Assembly: GCF_964204645.1 (NCBI RefSeq)
Contig: NC_134025.1
Coordinates: 15,659,001-15,723,000, forward strand
Reading direction: 5' to 3'
DNA from: Tubulanus polymorphus
Lineage: Eukaryota > Animalia > Nemertea
DNA length: 64,000 nucleotides
Part shown: positions 23,481-34,186 of the stretch, one piece after another
Position numbering within the stretch: the first letter of the stretch is position 1
How the letters are laid out: every line of letters begins with the position of its first letter
The notes under the pieces: model-generated
The model's input: only the letters and a program-made list of their open reading frames with translations
What the model was told of the DNA's origin: nothing
Database searches by the model: none
Translations under genes and position numbers: made by a program

Positions 23481-24209
23481 TTATAATTTTGTCCAGAATT
23501 CTTTAATCACTGGATTGTTTCCAATAATTTCTTCAATTTCTGGTAAATATCTGACTACTTCACTAAATGCTAATCCTAATATTTTGAATTTTTCATATTT
23601 TATTAATCTACCTACTCTTCTCAGTTTTCTTTCAAAGCCGGCACTGATATCTATGTTCTTTTTAACCCACAGCCCCCAAGAAATCCCCTCATTTTCTTTA
23701 TCAAACATTGAAAACCCTATATTTAGATAACCCCCGAAAATGATGTGGTCCCATAGGTGATTTGCTTTTCTATTTAATATGGTTTTATAACTTTTTTTTA
23801 AGATATCAGTAATTTCAGCAAATGAAATAACTTCTACACTTTGTATTTCCAGAAAGTTTAAATGATCTGTGTCAATGATTAATTTAGATTTTAAAAACTC
23901 GTTCAACTCTTCTCCACTCATTTTCTTAGTTTTCGATTCTTTGAGTCCCAACAGCAATTTAAGTCGCATTGCTGGTAATTTTGGTAATTGTAGTTCGCGC
24001 GGTAATTGTTTATTATGTATTACATCACTCAAAATTTTCACCATTTCTTGATGATAGTCCAAATGTTCTTGTAATTTTTGTGAAGTTTGTTCGTCAATTA
24101 CGAGAGTTTTATCCTCCATTTCTATTGATTCCTGTGTTTCACTATCCATCGTTTCTGGTTCCTCTTCCGATGGTTGACTTGGAATTTCTGGTTGTTCTCT
24201 GTATTCCAT
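23481..24209 (-). CDS. Hypothetical protein, acidic N-terminus, helical C-terminus (loosely DUF3102-like)
   Basis: Intact 242-aa ORF; G..L.....G.SW..WVKKN..IS....RKLRRV pattern. Domain call is tentative. Confidence 0.6.
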   Translation of the reverse strand: MEYREQPEIPSQPSEEEPETMDSETQESIEMEDKTLVIDEQTSQKLQEHLDYHQEMVKILSDVIHNKQLPRELQLPKLPAMRLKLLLGLKESKTKKMSGEELNEFLKSKLIIDTDHLNFLEIQSVEVISFAEITDILKKSYKTILNRKANHLWDHIIFGGYLNIGFSMFDKENEGISWGLWVKKNIDISAGFERKLRRVGRLIKYEKFKILGLAFSEVVRYLPEIEEIIGNNPVIKEFWTKL

Positions 24210-24620
24210 TTTAATCTAAAAGATGTCGTGAAAATGAATTACTGTACTTAAATATGTTTAAAGGTTTCCCTACTTCATAATATATGTACTTACATTTAGA
24301 TTTAGAACTGTAAACTGTGTTTTGAGAGAGAATATCCAATACGTAGTATGTATGTGAAAGTTGATTTCTAACTGCCGACGTGGCGCACGTTCAACCAAAC
24401 TAATTACTTCTGCATGTTTGCCTGGATTGTAACAGATGTTCCTTTGTGATGTAATTGATTAATCCTTTTCAACTGAAATAGCACATTCGATCAATATTCA
24501 AATGAGGTGCGCCCCATTCAAGTGAATATGAAATACGGCACAGATGTTTTTGTAAACAACCTAATACAATTACATATAGGCGGTTTGACATAGATCGAGA
24601 GTAACCGGTTTTCTAAGCGC

Positions 24621-25274
24621 TTAAGCTCCAACGTATTTTTCATTATGTGTTGAATTCCATAATTCAACAAATGTCTTTGCTTTATCCAGTTGATCTAAAT
24701 ATAACTGTAAATCTAGTTTATTAGATTTAATTATATTTTCTTTCTTTTCTAAAGGCCTTAAATTTTTCCAGTTCCATATTAGCTTCTTATTATAATCATC
24801 ACTCATGTCAAATTTAGAAATCGGCAACACATGATCAATATGAAAGTATTCACCATAATTATCTATATTCATTTTATCATCGAATTGATATATTATCCAT
24901 GATATGAAAAATTCATCTGAACAACCCAATAAATTAGATAGTGTTTCTGAATGCGTTTCTTTGTTGAATAATTGTGTTAATCTAGATCTTAAACATTGTT
25001 TTAATCTAAAATTAAGATCTGTTTGATATCTTTCTCTCATATATTCTGTCATATAATCATTATAAGCTTCTCTATTATCATCTCGATATTGTTTGGTATA
25101 TAGTTTAGTACAAGTTTTACAGCAATATTGAAAACCATCTTTGCTAATCTTACGCTTATTAAATTCTGTTATAGCTAATTTATCTATTTCACATTTAGAA
25201 CACTTCTTGTAGTATATGTTTATGACACCAGTGTTATTTGTAATATTGATAGTTTGTAGTTGTTCTGATTCCAT
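24621..25274 (-). CDS. HNH endonuclease with N-terminal zinc ribbon
   Basis: CSKC...CKTC, helical linker, FHIDHVLP...WKNLRPLEKKENIIKSNK (H-N-N type); intact 217 aa. Confidence 0.85.
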   Translation of the reverse strand: MESEQLQTINITNNTGVINIYYKKCSKCEIDKLAITEFNKRKISKDGFQYCCKTCTKLYTKQYRDDNREAYNDYMTEYMRERYQTDLNFRLKQCLRSRLTQLFNKETHSETLSNLLGCSDEFFISWIIYQFDDKMNIDNYGEYFHIDHVLPISKFDMSDDYNKKLIWNWKNLRPLEKKENIIKSNKLDLQLYLDQLDKAKTFVELWNSTHNEKYVGA

Positions 25275-25495
25275 TTATTATACATATTTTTTTTACTAAA
25301 TTGATTTTAGAAGTTCAATGATTTATATCATGTATTATTTCAATCACACTTTACTTACACTTTTAATGTTTAAAATCTAACTCATACAAATATGAATATT
25401 GAAATAATGTTGTAGATATATACTTTTATATTGAATAATTTGTCAATTTAAATGTTATTCATTTATATTTTATTCATGTATATGAATGTTTTAAG

Positions 25496-25683
25496 AGTAA
25501 TAGGGGTAATACGCATTCAGGCTAAAGGTTGAAGGGGCGAGTGAGTAAAAAATGAAAATAACAATAATTTCCAGTTGAATTAGGAGTGTGCGCGACTAAT
25601 TCAACTGGAAATTATTGTTATTTTCATTTTTTACAAGCTCGACCCTTCGACCTTTGGCCTGAAAGCCTATTACCCCTATTACT
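25496..25683. repeat. Right terminal fold-back palindrome of the Polinton (188 bp)
   Basis: AGTAATAGGGGTAAT at 25496 and its inverse ending 25683; perfect inner stem GTAAAAAATGAAAATAACAATAATTTCCAGTTGAATTAG with a 12-nt loop GAGTGTGCGCGA. Confidence 0.9.
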
Positions 25684-26043
25684 GGGGTGAACTGTAGCTT
25701 AGATCATCCAGTACTGGATGATCTAAGCTACAGTTCACCCCCAAACTTATGATACGAGCCCCTGTGACTACAATAGGCCATACAATACAATACAGTACAC
25801 ACTAGGCCTATCATGCCTATTGACATGTAAATTGTTTTGGCAATAGACTGATATCCAATGTCTATTTCTACTTGATTTAAGAGGATATCTATTTTCGTCT
25901 GACGAAAAGGTCTTAATTTTCTCATGTTGAATTGAGAAAATTTAGCCATTTTTAAAACGAAGTGGATATTTAACTGGCGTAGGCCTACGGCTAAGTGTTA
26001 ACTTCTACTATTTTACATTACATCATTACTTTTATAGTACGCT

Positions 26044-26430
26044 GTGGCTTCTCGTACGGACCCGTACGGATTACTCTGGAAGCTATTCGTACGGAACTAG
26101 GATCTGTACGCTAATAACTGTCGCTGATTGGCCGATTAACGCCGCGCATGCGTACAGAGGTGCACGACTTAGAAAATTCAAGAAAAGTGTGGAGAATAGT
26201 TAGAAAAAATAGCGGATCGAGCGAGACTCGAACCCGGGCTAGTAAATTACTAGCGCAGCATCATTCCACTAGACCACCGATCTCGCTGACAGTCGGTCGA
26301 ATGTTTTAACTACATATTGCCTCACCTTACCCTAACCCTATACCTTCCCGTACACATAATTCCAGAGTTATCCGACGGTTGCGTACGAATAGCCTACGGA
26401 ATTATTCGTACGGGTCCGTACGAGTAGCCA
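26044..26430. mobile_element. TIR element containing a tRNA-derived segment
   Basis: TIRs GTGGC(T)TCTCGTACGGACCCGTACG / CGTACGGGTCCGTACGAGTAGCCAC; minus-strand 26212-26286 has A box TGGTCTAGTGG and B box GGTTCGAGTC; adjacent cctaacccta. Confidence 0.65.
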
Positions 26431-26515
26431 CTTCGTTTATAGTATCAACTAATCAAAGTAAGAATAAAATCATTTTATTGGGTTTAGGGTTCGGGTTCTA
26501 AAGGACCCAGGTCCA

Positions 26516-26626
26516 GGACCCAGTTCCACATTACTGTGTTAAGATTTGAACATGGAGTTAAAACATCGGAAATTAACTGACTTTAACTCAGAGTTAACTC
26601 TAACTCACAACTTTGGAACTGGGCCC
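26516..26626. mobile_element. Short palindromic MITE (Harbinger-like)
   Basis: GACCCAGTTCCACA...TGGAACTGGGCCC ends; reverse-oriented homologue at ~30503-30610. Confidence 0.6.
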
Positions 26627-26860
26627 AGAGGGTTAGGATTAGAGTTAGGGTTAGGGTCCGTTTACCCCTAGGAATAGGATTAGGGTAAGGTGAGAAACCA
26701 TAGATAGTTAGGCCCCTAAAACATTTGATTGGTTTTCAGCGAGCTCGGTGGTCTAGTGGTATGACGCAGCGCGGGTCCTTCTTATTACCGAGATGACGTT
26801 ATTTACCGAGATGAAGATGAACCGAGATGACATGAAATATAACATATTTGTTTATTCCTT

Positions 26861-27140
26861 ATCGATTTTAACACTTGAAATCATGTTATATCAGTAATAA
26901 ATACCTTCTAGAGTCATCATATTCTACTTATTTTTCAGGATATTTTTGATAAAAAAAATTTTGACTTCAAATACGTCATCTCGGTTAGCAATAAAATTTC
27001 ATTGAATTTGATTGATTGACGATCTCATCTCGGTAAAGTTAAAAGTTATTTTTCTACAAAATATCCTGAAAAATAGGTAGAATGTGACTCTAGAAGGTAT
27101 TTATTACTGATATGATATGATTTCAAGTGTAAAAATCGAT
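26861..27140. repeat. Inverted repeat (~90-bp arms), MITE remnant
   Basis: atcgattttaacacttgaaatcat...tcaggatattt versus aaatatcctgaaaaat...tttcaagtgtaaaaatcgat. Confidence 0.7.
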
Positions 27141-27479
27141 ATATCGCGTCACGTCGACATGAATATGTCGATATATCGTGACGTTTTCACGACAAATTTC
27201 GCTTTTTCGCCCATTTTCCACGGGTAAAACCGTCATTTGAAGACATGTCTAAATGTAAGATGAGGACACCAGTAATATGACGACTGAGTTTCAAGTCGTC
27301 GTGAATATGTCGACTTGTCGCGAGGAAAGTGGTCGAAAAAGCGAAATTTGTCGTGAAAACGTCACGATATGACGACATATTCATGTCGACTTGACGCGAT
27401 ATATCGCGATATGTCGACATAAATATGGCGACTTGACGAGTTGGAACGCGACAACTCGAGGCCCCTTATCGCTTCCGTA
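27140..27479. mobile_element. 5'-truncated copy of the IS3EU-like MITE
   Basis: Matches 5640-5989 and ends ...TTATCGCTTCCGTA. Confidence 0.8.
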
Positions 27480-27561
27480 GATATCAACTCCTTTTCAAAA
27501 TAGAGGTGATCGACCATCAAATACAGCCACTACGGTAGCCATCTTGAATTTGTCAGCACAA

Positions 27562-27911
27562 TGTCGATATGTCGACATATCCCGTCAAGCCGACATAAAT
27601 GTCGACATATCGTGACATTTTTACGACAAATTTCGCTTTTTCGCCCATCTTCCACGGGACAAGCCGTCATTTGAAGACACGTCGAAATGTAAGATGAGGA
27701 CGCCAGTAATATGATGACTGAGTTTCAAGTCGTCATGAATATGTCGACTTGTCGCGAGGAAAATGGTCGAGAAAACGAAATATGTCGTCAAAACATCACG
27801 ATATGTCGACATATTCAGATCGACTTGATGCGATATATCCTGATATATTGATATAAGTATGACAATTTGACGAGTTGGAAAGCACGACAACTGGAGGTTA
27901 TCGCTTCCGTA
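27562..27911. mobile_element. More diverged truncated copy of the IS3EU-like MITE
   Basis: Same interior; ends TTATCGCTTCCGTA at 27911. Confidence 0.75.
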
Positions 27912-30502
27912 CAATAGCCTGGTTGGTATATTTGATTGATATCTATGAAACTTGATATGAGAGTAAAGACAATAATTCTGACAAACTCGATGAACAGTTA
28001 AATAAACTCAGCTGTTATGGAGTATGCAGTTTCAATTTCTTGCCCCTTTACTGTTCCCTTACCTCGAGGAGACGTGCCTAGTTCCAGATTTATTTTTCCT
28101 TGCTGGGGAACATCAGGGAATACTGACTTTTCTTTAAATCAGGGATTTTTCTATTTCCTTATCTGTAAGAACCCTGATAGATACACCATTCCACTATTTT
28201 GTTTTAGCCTGTTTAAATTTTAAGAGTTTTAAGATATGTATAAATACACATATATCATTAGCAGTGGCCAGTTTTAGGCTTGGACTTAAGGTAGTTAGTT
28301 TGCATAGTATCTAAACTCTAGACTCAAAATGTAAGGATTCTATGAAACATATGATTCTAAGTAATAGTGTAGAGAGTTGAAGGAAAACTATTCTTTTTAA
28401 ACTTCACGGAATAAACTTATTTTATAGCTCAAAGTTGTGTATTCAAATACTATATTCTCTGACTGAAAAATGAATGTGTATTTTGTATTTTTGAGTACAC
28501 TACGCCCTAGTAGGGTTTTAGACGCTTAGGAGAGAGAGTTGAAACAACTCTACCTTAAACACCTAGCTATGACCAGATAGATTTATAATCATCGAGCATG
28601 AGAAGAGCTTCGTTTTCTGACATATGCAAGAGAAATGTCTTTTTTTTTAAGCATGTAATTGTTTTAAACCCACTCGGTGCTTAGGTTAGTGGGGTACCAG
28701 TGTTAGTGTTCATTTTCTTTTTATAAGCAGAAAAAGATCTTTTACAATTAGCAGTAGCAAACTTGTTTCTAAGCTACGGGACCTGAACGTTTTTAACTTG
28801 CGTGTATGCAGATTTGGTAGTGAAATATATACAGAAAAAGTAGCGACTGATTAATAGTTGGACATGTAGTGTTACAGAAATGGTGTATATGTGCAATGGT
28901 GTTATTTGGTGTTATCCAATTTTCATGTATACCGTACGTGTCTGAATGAACTTCTTATACGTTTGAAATTGTTGTTTATTTTTTTTCCAGTCTGGTCCGT
29001 CAAGGTTCCTGACCATGTCTTGACATTTCACATTACAGTTTTTTGCCTGAAGCCCGTAGCCAGCTCTGTCTTTGGCCTCCATTTGCATGAAAGTGGAACT
29101 TTTATGAAGTGCAAACGCTTCCTCAGGCCTCAGGCGAAAAATTGATACCTTGTCTATAGAAAGCTTGTGAGAGCTGACTTTAGTTTCTCGGTAGGTTCTT
29201 AAAAGAGGATTACTAGAAGAGCCATTTATATAAGCTAACCATTCTTTAGAATGAGAGGGAGAGGGAGAGGGAGAAAGGGAGAAAGGGAGATTTGATTAAT
29301 AAACAAAGAGCCTTGGTTTTCCCACAGACAGTTAAAAATTGAAGTGACAGAGAGGCAGCAATAGACTTACCCCAGCTGGGAGGTTGATTTGATATGAAGG
29401 TTCATTAAGTTCGCTGTAACGAGGTTCCACTGTAGTTCCAGTAACGTGAAATTGTTGGAATGATTCTGATGAGAAGTGGAAATTGGACTAGTTCACCTCT
29501 AACTGCGACATTTGACGATTGTTTTTTTTTTTACTCTGCAAACCTCAACATCAACCTTCTATCTGGGATTGATTCACAAACATTATGCAAATTGGTTGAG
29601 CTGACGCCATCCAAATAGCTGACACTCAAACTTCAGCACAATATAACATGATAGGTGCAATAAGATTAAAAGTTTGTAGGCGATAGTGATATTGTTTCTA
29701 ACATTGATGGACGTTAAAATTTAAACATAGCCTTTTTTGCATGATCTAGAAGCCGTTAAAAAGCATTATTAAATTTACGAGGCAGAAAATAATATACCCA
29801 AGTAGCAATAGTTACGGACAATTTCAATCACCAAACCATCATAGTAAAAAGTGTGATTATTAAGGAGATTTCCTCTTTTATTAAAAATTACAATCTTAGT
29901 TTTATTCTAGTTCACTGTAAAGCCCCAGTTTCTACAGTAGGTGTCAAGATTGCCTAGAGCCTTCTGAAGACGCTGACTTAGAGATAAGGACGAGTTATTA
30001 AAAGCCAAAGGTTGCATGTAGAATTAGGTTAAAGAGGAGAGGATGAGGATCGCAACTGGACCTTTGGGATGCGATGTGCTAAAAACAACTGGAAGTTATT
30101 CCTATTGTTTTCAACTTCTATTCATCTATGCCCTCAGTTCTGCCTTGTGTTTTCCTTCTCCATAGCAGGGGTAGTCTAGAGTACATAAGATCGATCTACG
30201 AGCAAGATCATTTTAATTGCTCGTAGATCGATCTTATGTATTCTGATAAGATGAACGTCTCGTTAAATTTTTTTTAGTAAGCAGGCGCGGATCCAATGGG
30301 GCTTCAGCCGACCCGGACTCTATTTTTGATCGGGCTTACTTTCTCGCATGTGGGAAGCATATTGGAATGTTACTAAAAATGGCTGTGAGCATCATTTAAC
30401 CTTGGATGATTACTCCACGATTTAACACAGTACATTGTAACAGTGTACTTTATAGTAGTGACAAATTCCCTCTTAATTAAGTACCGGTAATACCTGCAAC
30501 CT

Positions 30503-30610
30503 AGACCCGGTTCCACAGTTGTGAGTTAGAGTTAACTCTGAGTTAAAATTAGTTCATTTTCAATGTGTTAACTCAGGGTCAAATCTTAACTCCGAACTGT
30601 GGAACTGCAG
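30503..30610. mobile_element. Short palindromic MITE, homologue of 26516-26626
   Basis: gttgtgagttagagttaactctgagttaaa is the reverse complement of the 26580-26611 segment. Confidence 0.6.
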
Positions 30611-31371
30611 CCTGGTTTTTATGATACTGCCACCAAACGTATATCATCTGAAAGCCACACGTCCTTTTCTGTTGAAAACCGTTTTAACTTATGTTCTATC
30701 TTGATTAGTTTACAAGATATCGGCTGATAAACCTTAGCCTGTAACGGCTGTCATTATGCCTCTGATACAAAAATGTATGTGAGTTGAAAAGTTTATAAAC
30801 AGTTTGCAATTTTCAGAATCATTTTAAGTGTGGTATCCATCGAAAACCGAAAACTTCGGGAACATTAATCAATATTAAATGAGTAATTAATTAATGAATA
30901 ATTTTCTCTATTCCAACATTTATCATGATTGGGACCATCAGTTATACTTTGTTCTTTTTGAATGTCCTTGAATGTCCTTGATTTCTTTTTTTAAATTCAT
31001 TTTTAATGTTCACCCGGATGTTATGATATGGGGTATAGCTTTACGACCAGTCAGTACAAACCTCAAACCTCCATTCAGACTAATTTTCATCGTCATCTCA
31101 AAAGGCAAGGTCAAATCTTCATTAAGGTGGTGGGACCTGGTTTAGAAATTCAACTTTTCCAGTCGGTAAAAAGCTGCCCGTCGTGTAACAAAGGACAGTT
31201 TTTAGCTCGGTATACTATTTGATAATCGTCCTTGAATCCTCAAAATTGTTGTCTCAGAATTTCTAATAATTCATAGCATTGAAAAATTTATCGATTATCT
31301 TTATAACATTTTATTGAATTACTAATTAAAGTATTTGTTTTATATTTGACATGTGAACACATATTACAATT

Positions 31372-32555
31372 TCATCTCATAAAGTTACGATCTTGAATCG
31401 TTTCGATCACTGCAATAACTGCTCGGAAAAGTTGCAGTGCATCATCGGGTGACGTAGGAAGAGGAAGTTGATTATTCTGTGCTCGACAAGCACGGCGAAT
31501 GAAGTCTAAGAATTCAGTGCTACACCCTCTTTCAGGATATTCGTCAACGTATTCTCCAAATACTTCATCTAGGTCATCAACACGACACGATGAAGGGAAA
31601 GAGTGATCGACGGCCCCAAATAACTCACACGATTCGTATGCAATATTGGGAATGAAACCCCCTTCCCCATTTCGTTGCTGCCTTATTCGGTGCGAATTCC
31701 ACATGGTCCTGTACGTGTCTAGGTGTCGTTGAATTACAGGCAGAAATCGGAGACATTGTACATGTATGGCATCGGCGTCATGAAATATGCCCGTGTCCCT
31801 CATGTCCAGGAAGATATTTCGCCAGAAGTCAGTGAAGTTTAATCTAAGTCGTGACCAGAAACTTTCAATTCGTTGGTTAGCAGTCGATCTACCATACATA
31901 AAGCTATTCATCCCACGCATAAGGTCGCCATGAGAGAATCTTAGTACAATTTGCATGTCCCTCAAAATAGCATTTTCTGTCCCTCGGTCATATCTTAGCA
32001 GTCTCGGTACTCGCCCTATTTCTTTCAAGAAATCCAGGTAAAATTGCGCTATGTATCGGGGGTTATTGTTAGACGGTCCACATTTGAGCCAAAGAAGCTT
32101 TCGAGAATAACCATCTATTGCAGCGTGGATGGCAATACCGAAAGGTTTTAGCTTATCGTAGCCATCGATCTGAATGAGAAAATTTGGACCTTGACTGATA
32201 TATTGTCTCCTCCGGGAGCGACGGTGTCGACGGAGAGAAACACCTTCGGGATCAATTGCTTCAAGGAATTGTCGGACGGTATCTTGGGAGACTCAGACAC
32301 CTTGCACCACATTGAGGAGCCTCCAAATGCTCCTGTAACCGTAATTTTCATAACCAGATTGATGTAGTTCCAAAATAAGTCTGATTAACTGAATCTGATC
32401 TCTGCCCGCCGAATCCTCAATCCTAGTCTCCTCTTAATGCGTTTTATTGTCTGTTCACTAATGAGTATACCGTGATTGGTTACCAAAGAGGCTCGAATTT
32501 CTGTCACGGTGTACATTCTTTCAAAATAATGACGGACTAAGACATCTATATCCAT
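31372..32555 (-). pseudogene. IS3/IS481-like DDE transposase (IS3EU-type), N-terminal HTH; disrupted
   Basis: MDIDVLVRHYF...ISEQTIKRIKRRLGL, GPNF...IDGYDKLKPFGIAIHAAIDGYSRKLLWL, LRYDRGTEN, GRSTANQRIESFW, WNSHRIR; frameshift near 32400 and an in-frame TGA near 32294. Confidence 0.88.
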
Positions 32556-33584
32556 CTCCTGAAATGATAATTACATGAGATAAAACGTGAGAACAAAACG
32601 TGTCAATAAAAACGTAAGGCCTGCTTGTAAACATTCAGGTGCAACGTGGACGCCCTGTAATTTTTTTTTTATATTTCGGAAGGGGAGGGGTGAATTTTCT
32701 TAAAAGGGCCATATAGACTAATTTTGTAACATATCTATGTACTGAAATGGCACAATGAGCCTTCGCCTGTGCACCATAGTGCTTGCTGATACGTCCATTT
32801 AGTTGGACTGAAAGATTCCAGCGTGCATATCAGTGTGTACTTACTGGGACACACAAACGATTCCTTGGACCTGTGTATGTCAGCGGCTCTGGTAACGGTG
32901 GTAGGCCTGCATCGGTTGCATGTACAAATTAGGACACTTTTCGCGACGTCAAAACAAGTCGACGTATCTGCATCAACTTGTCGGTGTATCCTCGCTAGTC
33001 GACAAAATCTTGTCGAGTTATCGAGAAGGCTATCGCGATCTGACGACATGATTTCAGTGACACGGCTTCACAGTCGACATTGGAAAGATGATTTGTCGAA
33101 TAAACTTCGTGACATGACGACATTTTTTGTCGACAAGTCGCAATAAGGTCACGACAAGTCGCCATAAATTTGACGACGCGCCGATATAGAAGACGAAGAC
33201 ACCAGAAATAAGACGACTGAGTATCAAGTCGTCATAAATATATCGACTTGTCGCGAGGAAAATGGTCGAGAAAACGGAATATGTCGTCAAAACGTCACGG
33301 TATATCGACATATTCATATCGACTTGACGCGATATATCGCGATATATCGACATAAATATGACGACTTGTCGAGTTGGAACGCGACATCTCGAGGCCCCTT
33401 ATCGCTTCCGTACTTTCATTAAGTAGGATCACTTGAATGATCGCTTTAATATCACTTTTTAAAAAAAGAATCTGCCAAAATGACCTTACTATTCGACACT
33501 ATATCAGATTAATCGACTTCAAAATAGGCGAAAGCATAAGTCTTTATTACGTTATTAATTGGCCTAATTATTCAAAAGCTAATA

Positions 33585-34137
33585 AAGTGGGCGACAAAAC
33601 CAAAAAAATGAATTGTCGCGGGCGATAAGACCAAAATAATCAATTGTCGCTGTCGATAAAACCAAAATATTGAATTGTCGCGGGCGACAAAACCAAACTA
33701 ATGAATTGTCGCGGGCGATAGAACCAAAATAATGAATTGTCGCTGGCGATAAAACCAAAATATTGAATTGTCGCGGGAAAACCAAAAAAATGAATTGTCG
33801 CGGGCGATAAAACCAAGATATTGAATTGTCGCGTGCGATAAAACCAAAATAATGAATTGTCGCGGGCGATAAAATCAAAATAATGAATTGTCGCGGGCGA
33901 TAAAACCAAAATATTGATTTGTCGTGGGTGACAAAACCAAATTAATGAATTGTCGCGGGCGATAAAACCAAAATAATGAATTGTCGCGGCCGATAAAACC
34001 AAAATAATGAATTGTGGGGGCTGACAAAACCAAAATTATTGTTTTGTCGCGTTATTTTAGTTTTGTCGTTTTGTCATAATGTCGCCCTCATTTGCATATT
34101 CGTGTTTTTTTACGCATGGCCCTTATCAGCGACCATA
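33585..34137. repeat. 29-30-bp minisatellite (~15 copies) inside a TAYGG-ended element
   Basis: Unit GATAAAACCAAAATAATGAATTGTCGCGGGC; ends GGCCCTTATCAGCGACCATA (reverse complement TATGGTCGCTGATAAGGGCC), similar to the IS3EU-like TIR. Confidence 0.8.
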
Positions 34138-34186
34138 CTAAAGCCTTAAGGTCGCGTAAGTTTTTTTTTCTTTCTTAGTTTAATTT

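Larger units (their letters stand above)
7370..25683. mobile_element. Polinton/Maverick-like endogenous virus, full length, pseudogenised
   Basis: AG...CT termini (AGTAATAGGGGTAAT), 6-bp TSD GGGGTG (7364-7369, 25684-25689), TIR homology reaching close to the first ATG on each side, AT-rich gene-dense interior with pPolB, MCP, penton, ATPase and integrase. Confidence 0.95.
7339..25766. mobile_element. ~110-bp palindromic MITE (CACAG termini, 8-bp TSD; P- or hAT-like) split by the Polinton
   Basis: Removing 7370-25689 restores a perfect palindrome CACAGGGGCTCGTATCATAAGTTTGGGGGTGAACTGTAGCTTAGATCATCCAGT|ACTGGATG...CCCCTGTG; flanked by ACTACAAT at 7331-7338 and 25767-25774. Confidence 0.9.
6513..33412. 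mobile_element. Large IS3EU-like DDE DNA transposon containing nested insertions
   Basis: TIR TACGGAAGCGATAAGGGGCCTCGAGATGTCGCGT at 6513 and inverted ending 33412; identical 6-bp flanks CTTTCA (6507-6512, 33413-33418); subterminal 6545-6605 matches the reverse complement of 32925-32985; integrase-like pseudogene inside the right end. The IS3EU label rests on recalled TAY termini and 6-bp TSD. Confidence 0.8.

Noticed and set aside
7370-25683. Contaminating free virus or bacterial/phage contig
   Set aside because: Flanked by a perfect TSD inside a reconstructable MITE and carries many inactivating mutations, so it is a genuine old insertion.
26212-26286. Functional tRNA gene
   Set aside because: A and B boxes are present but the cloverleaf/anticodon arm is not convincing, and it lies inside a TIR repeat; treated as tRNA-derived.
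27950-31300. Host gene exons or further exons of the CIDE-N-like gene
   Set aside because: Scattered splice-like signals but no recognisable protein motif or consistent frame.
33585-34060. CRISPR-like 30-bp repeat array
   Set aside because: Head-to-tail minisatellite without unique spacers; no cas genes; eukaryotic context.
1254-34159. 19-bp direct repeat aagccttaaggtcgcgtaa at ~1254 and ~34141 as a giant TSD
   Set aside because: No coherent element between them; more simply two ends of an interspersed TTAA-type repeat.
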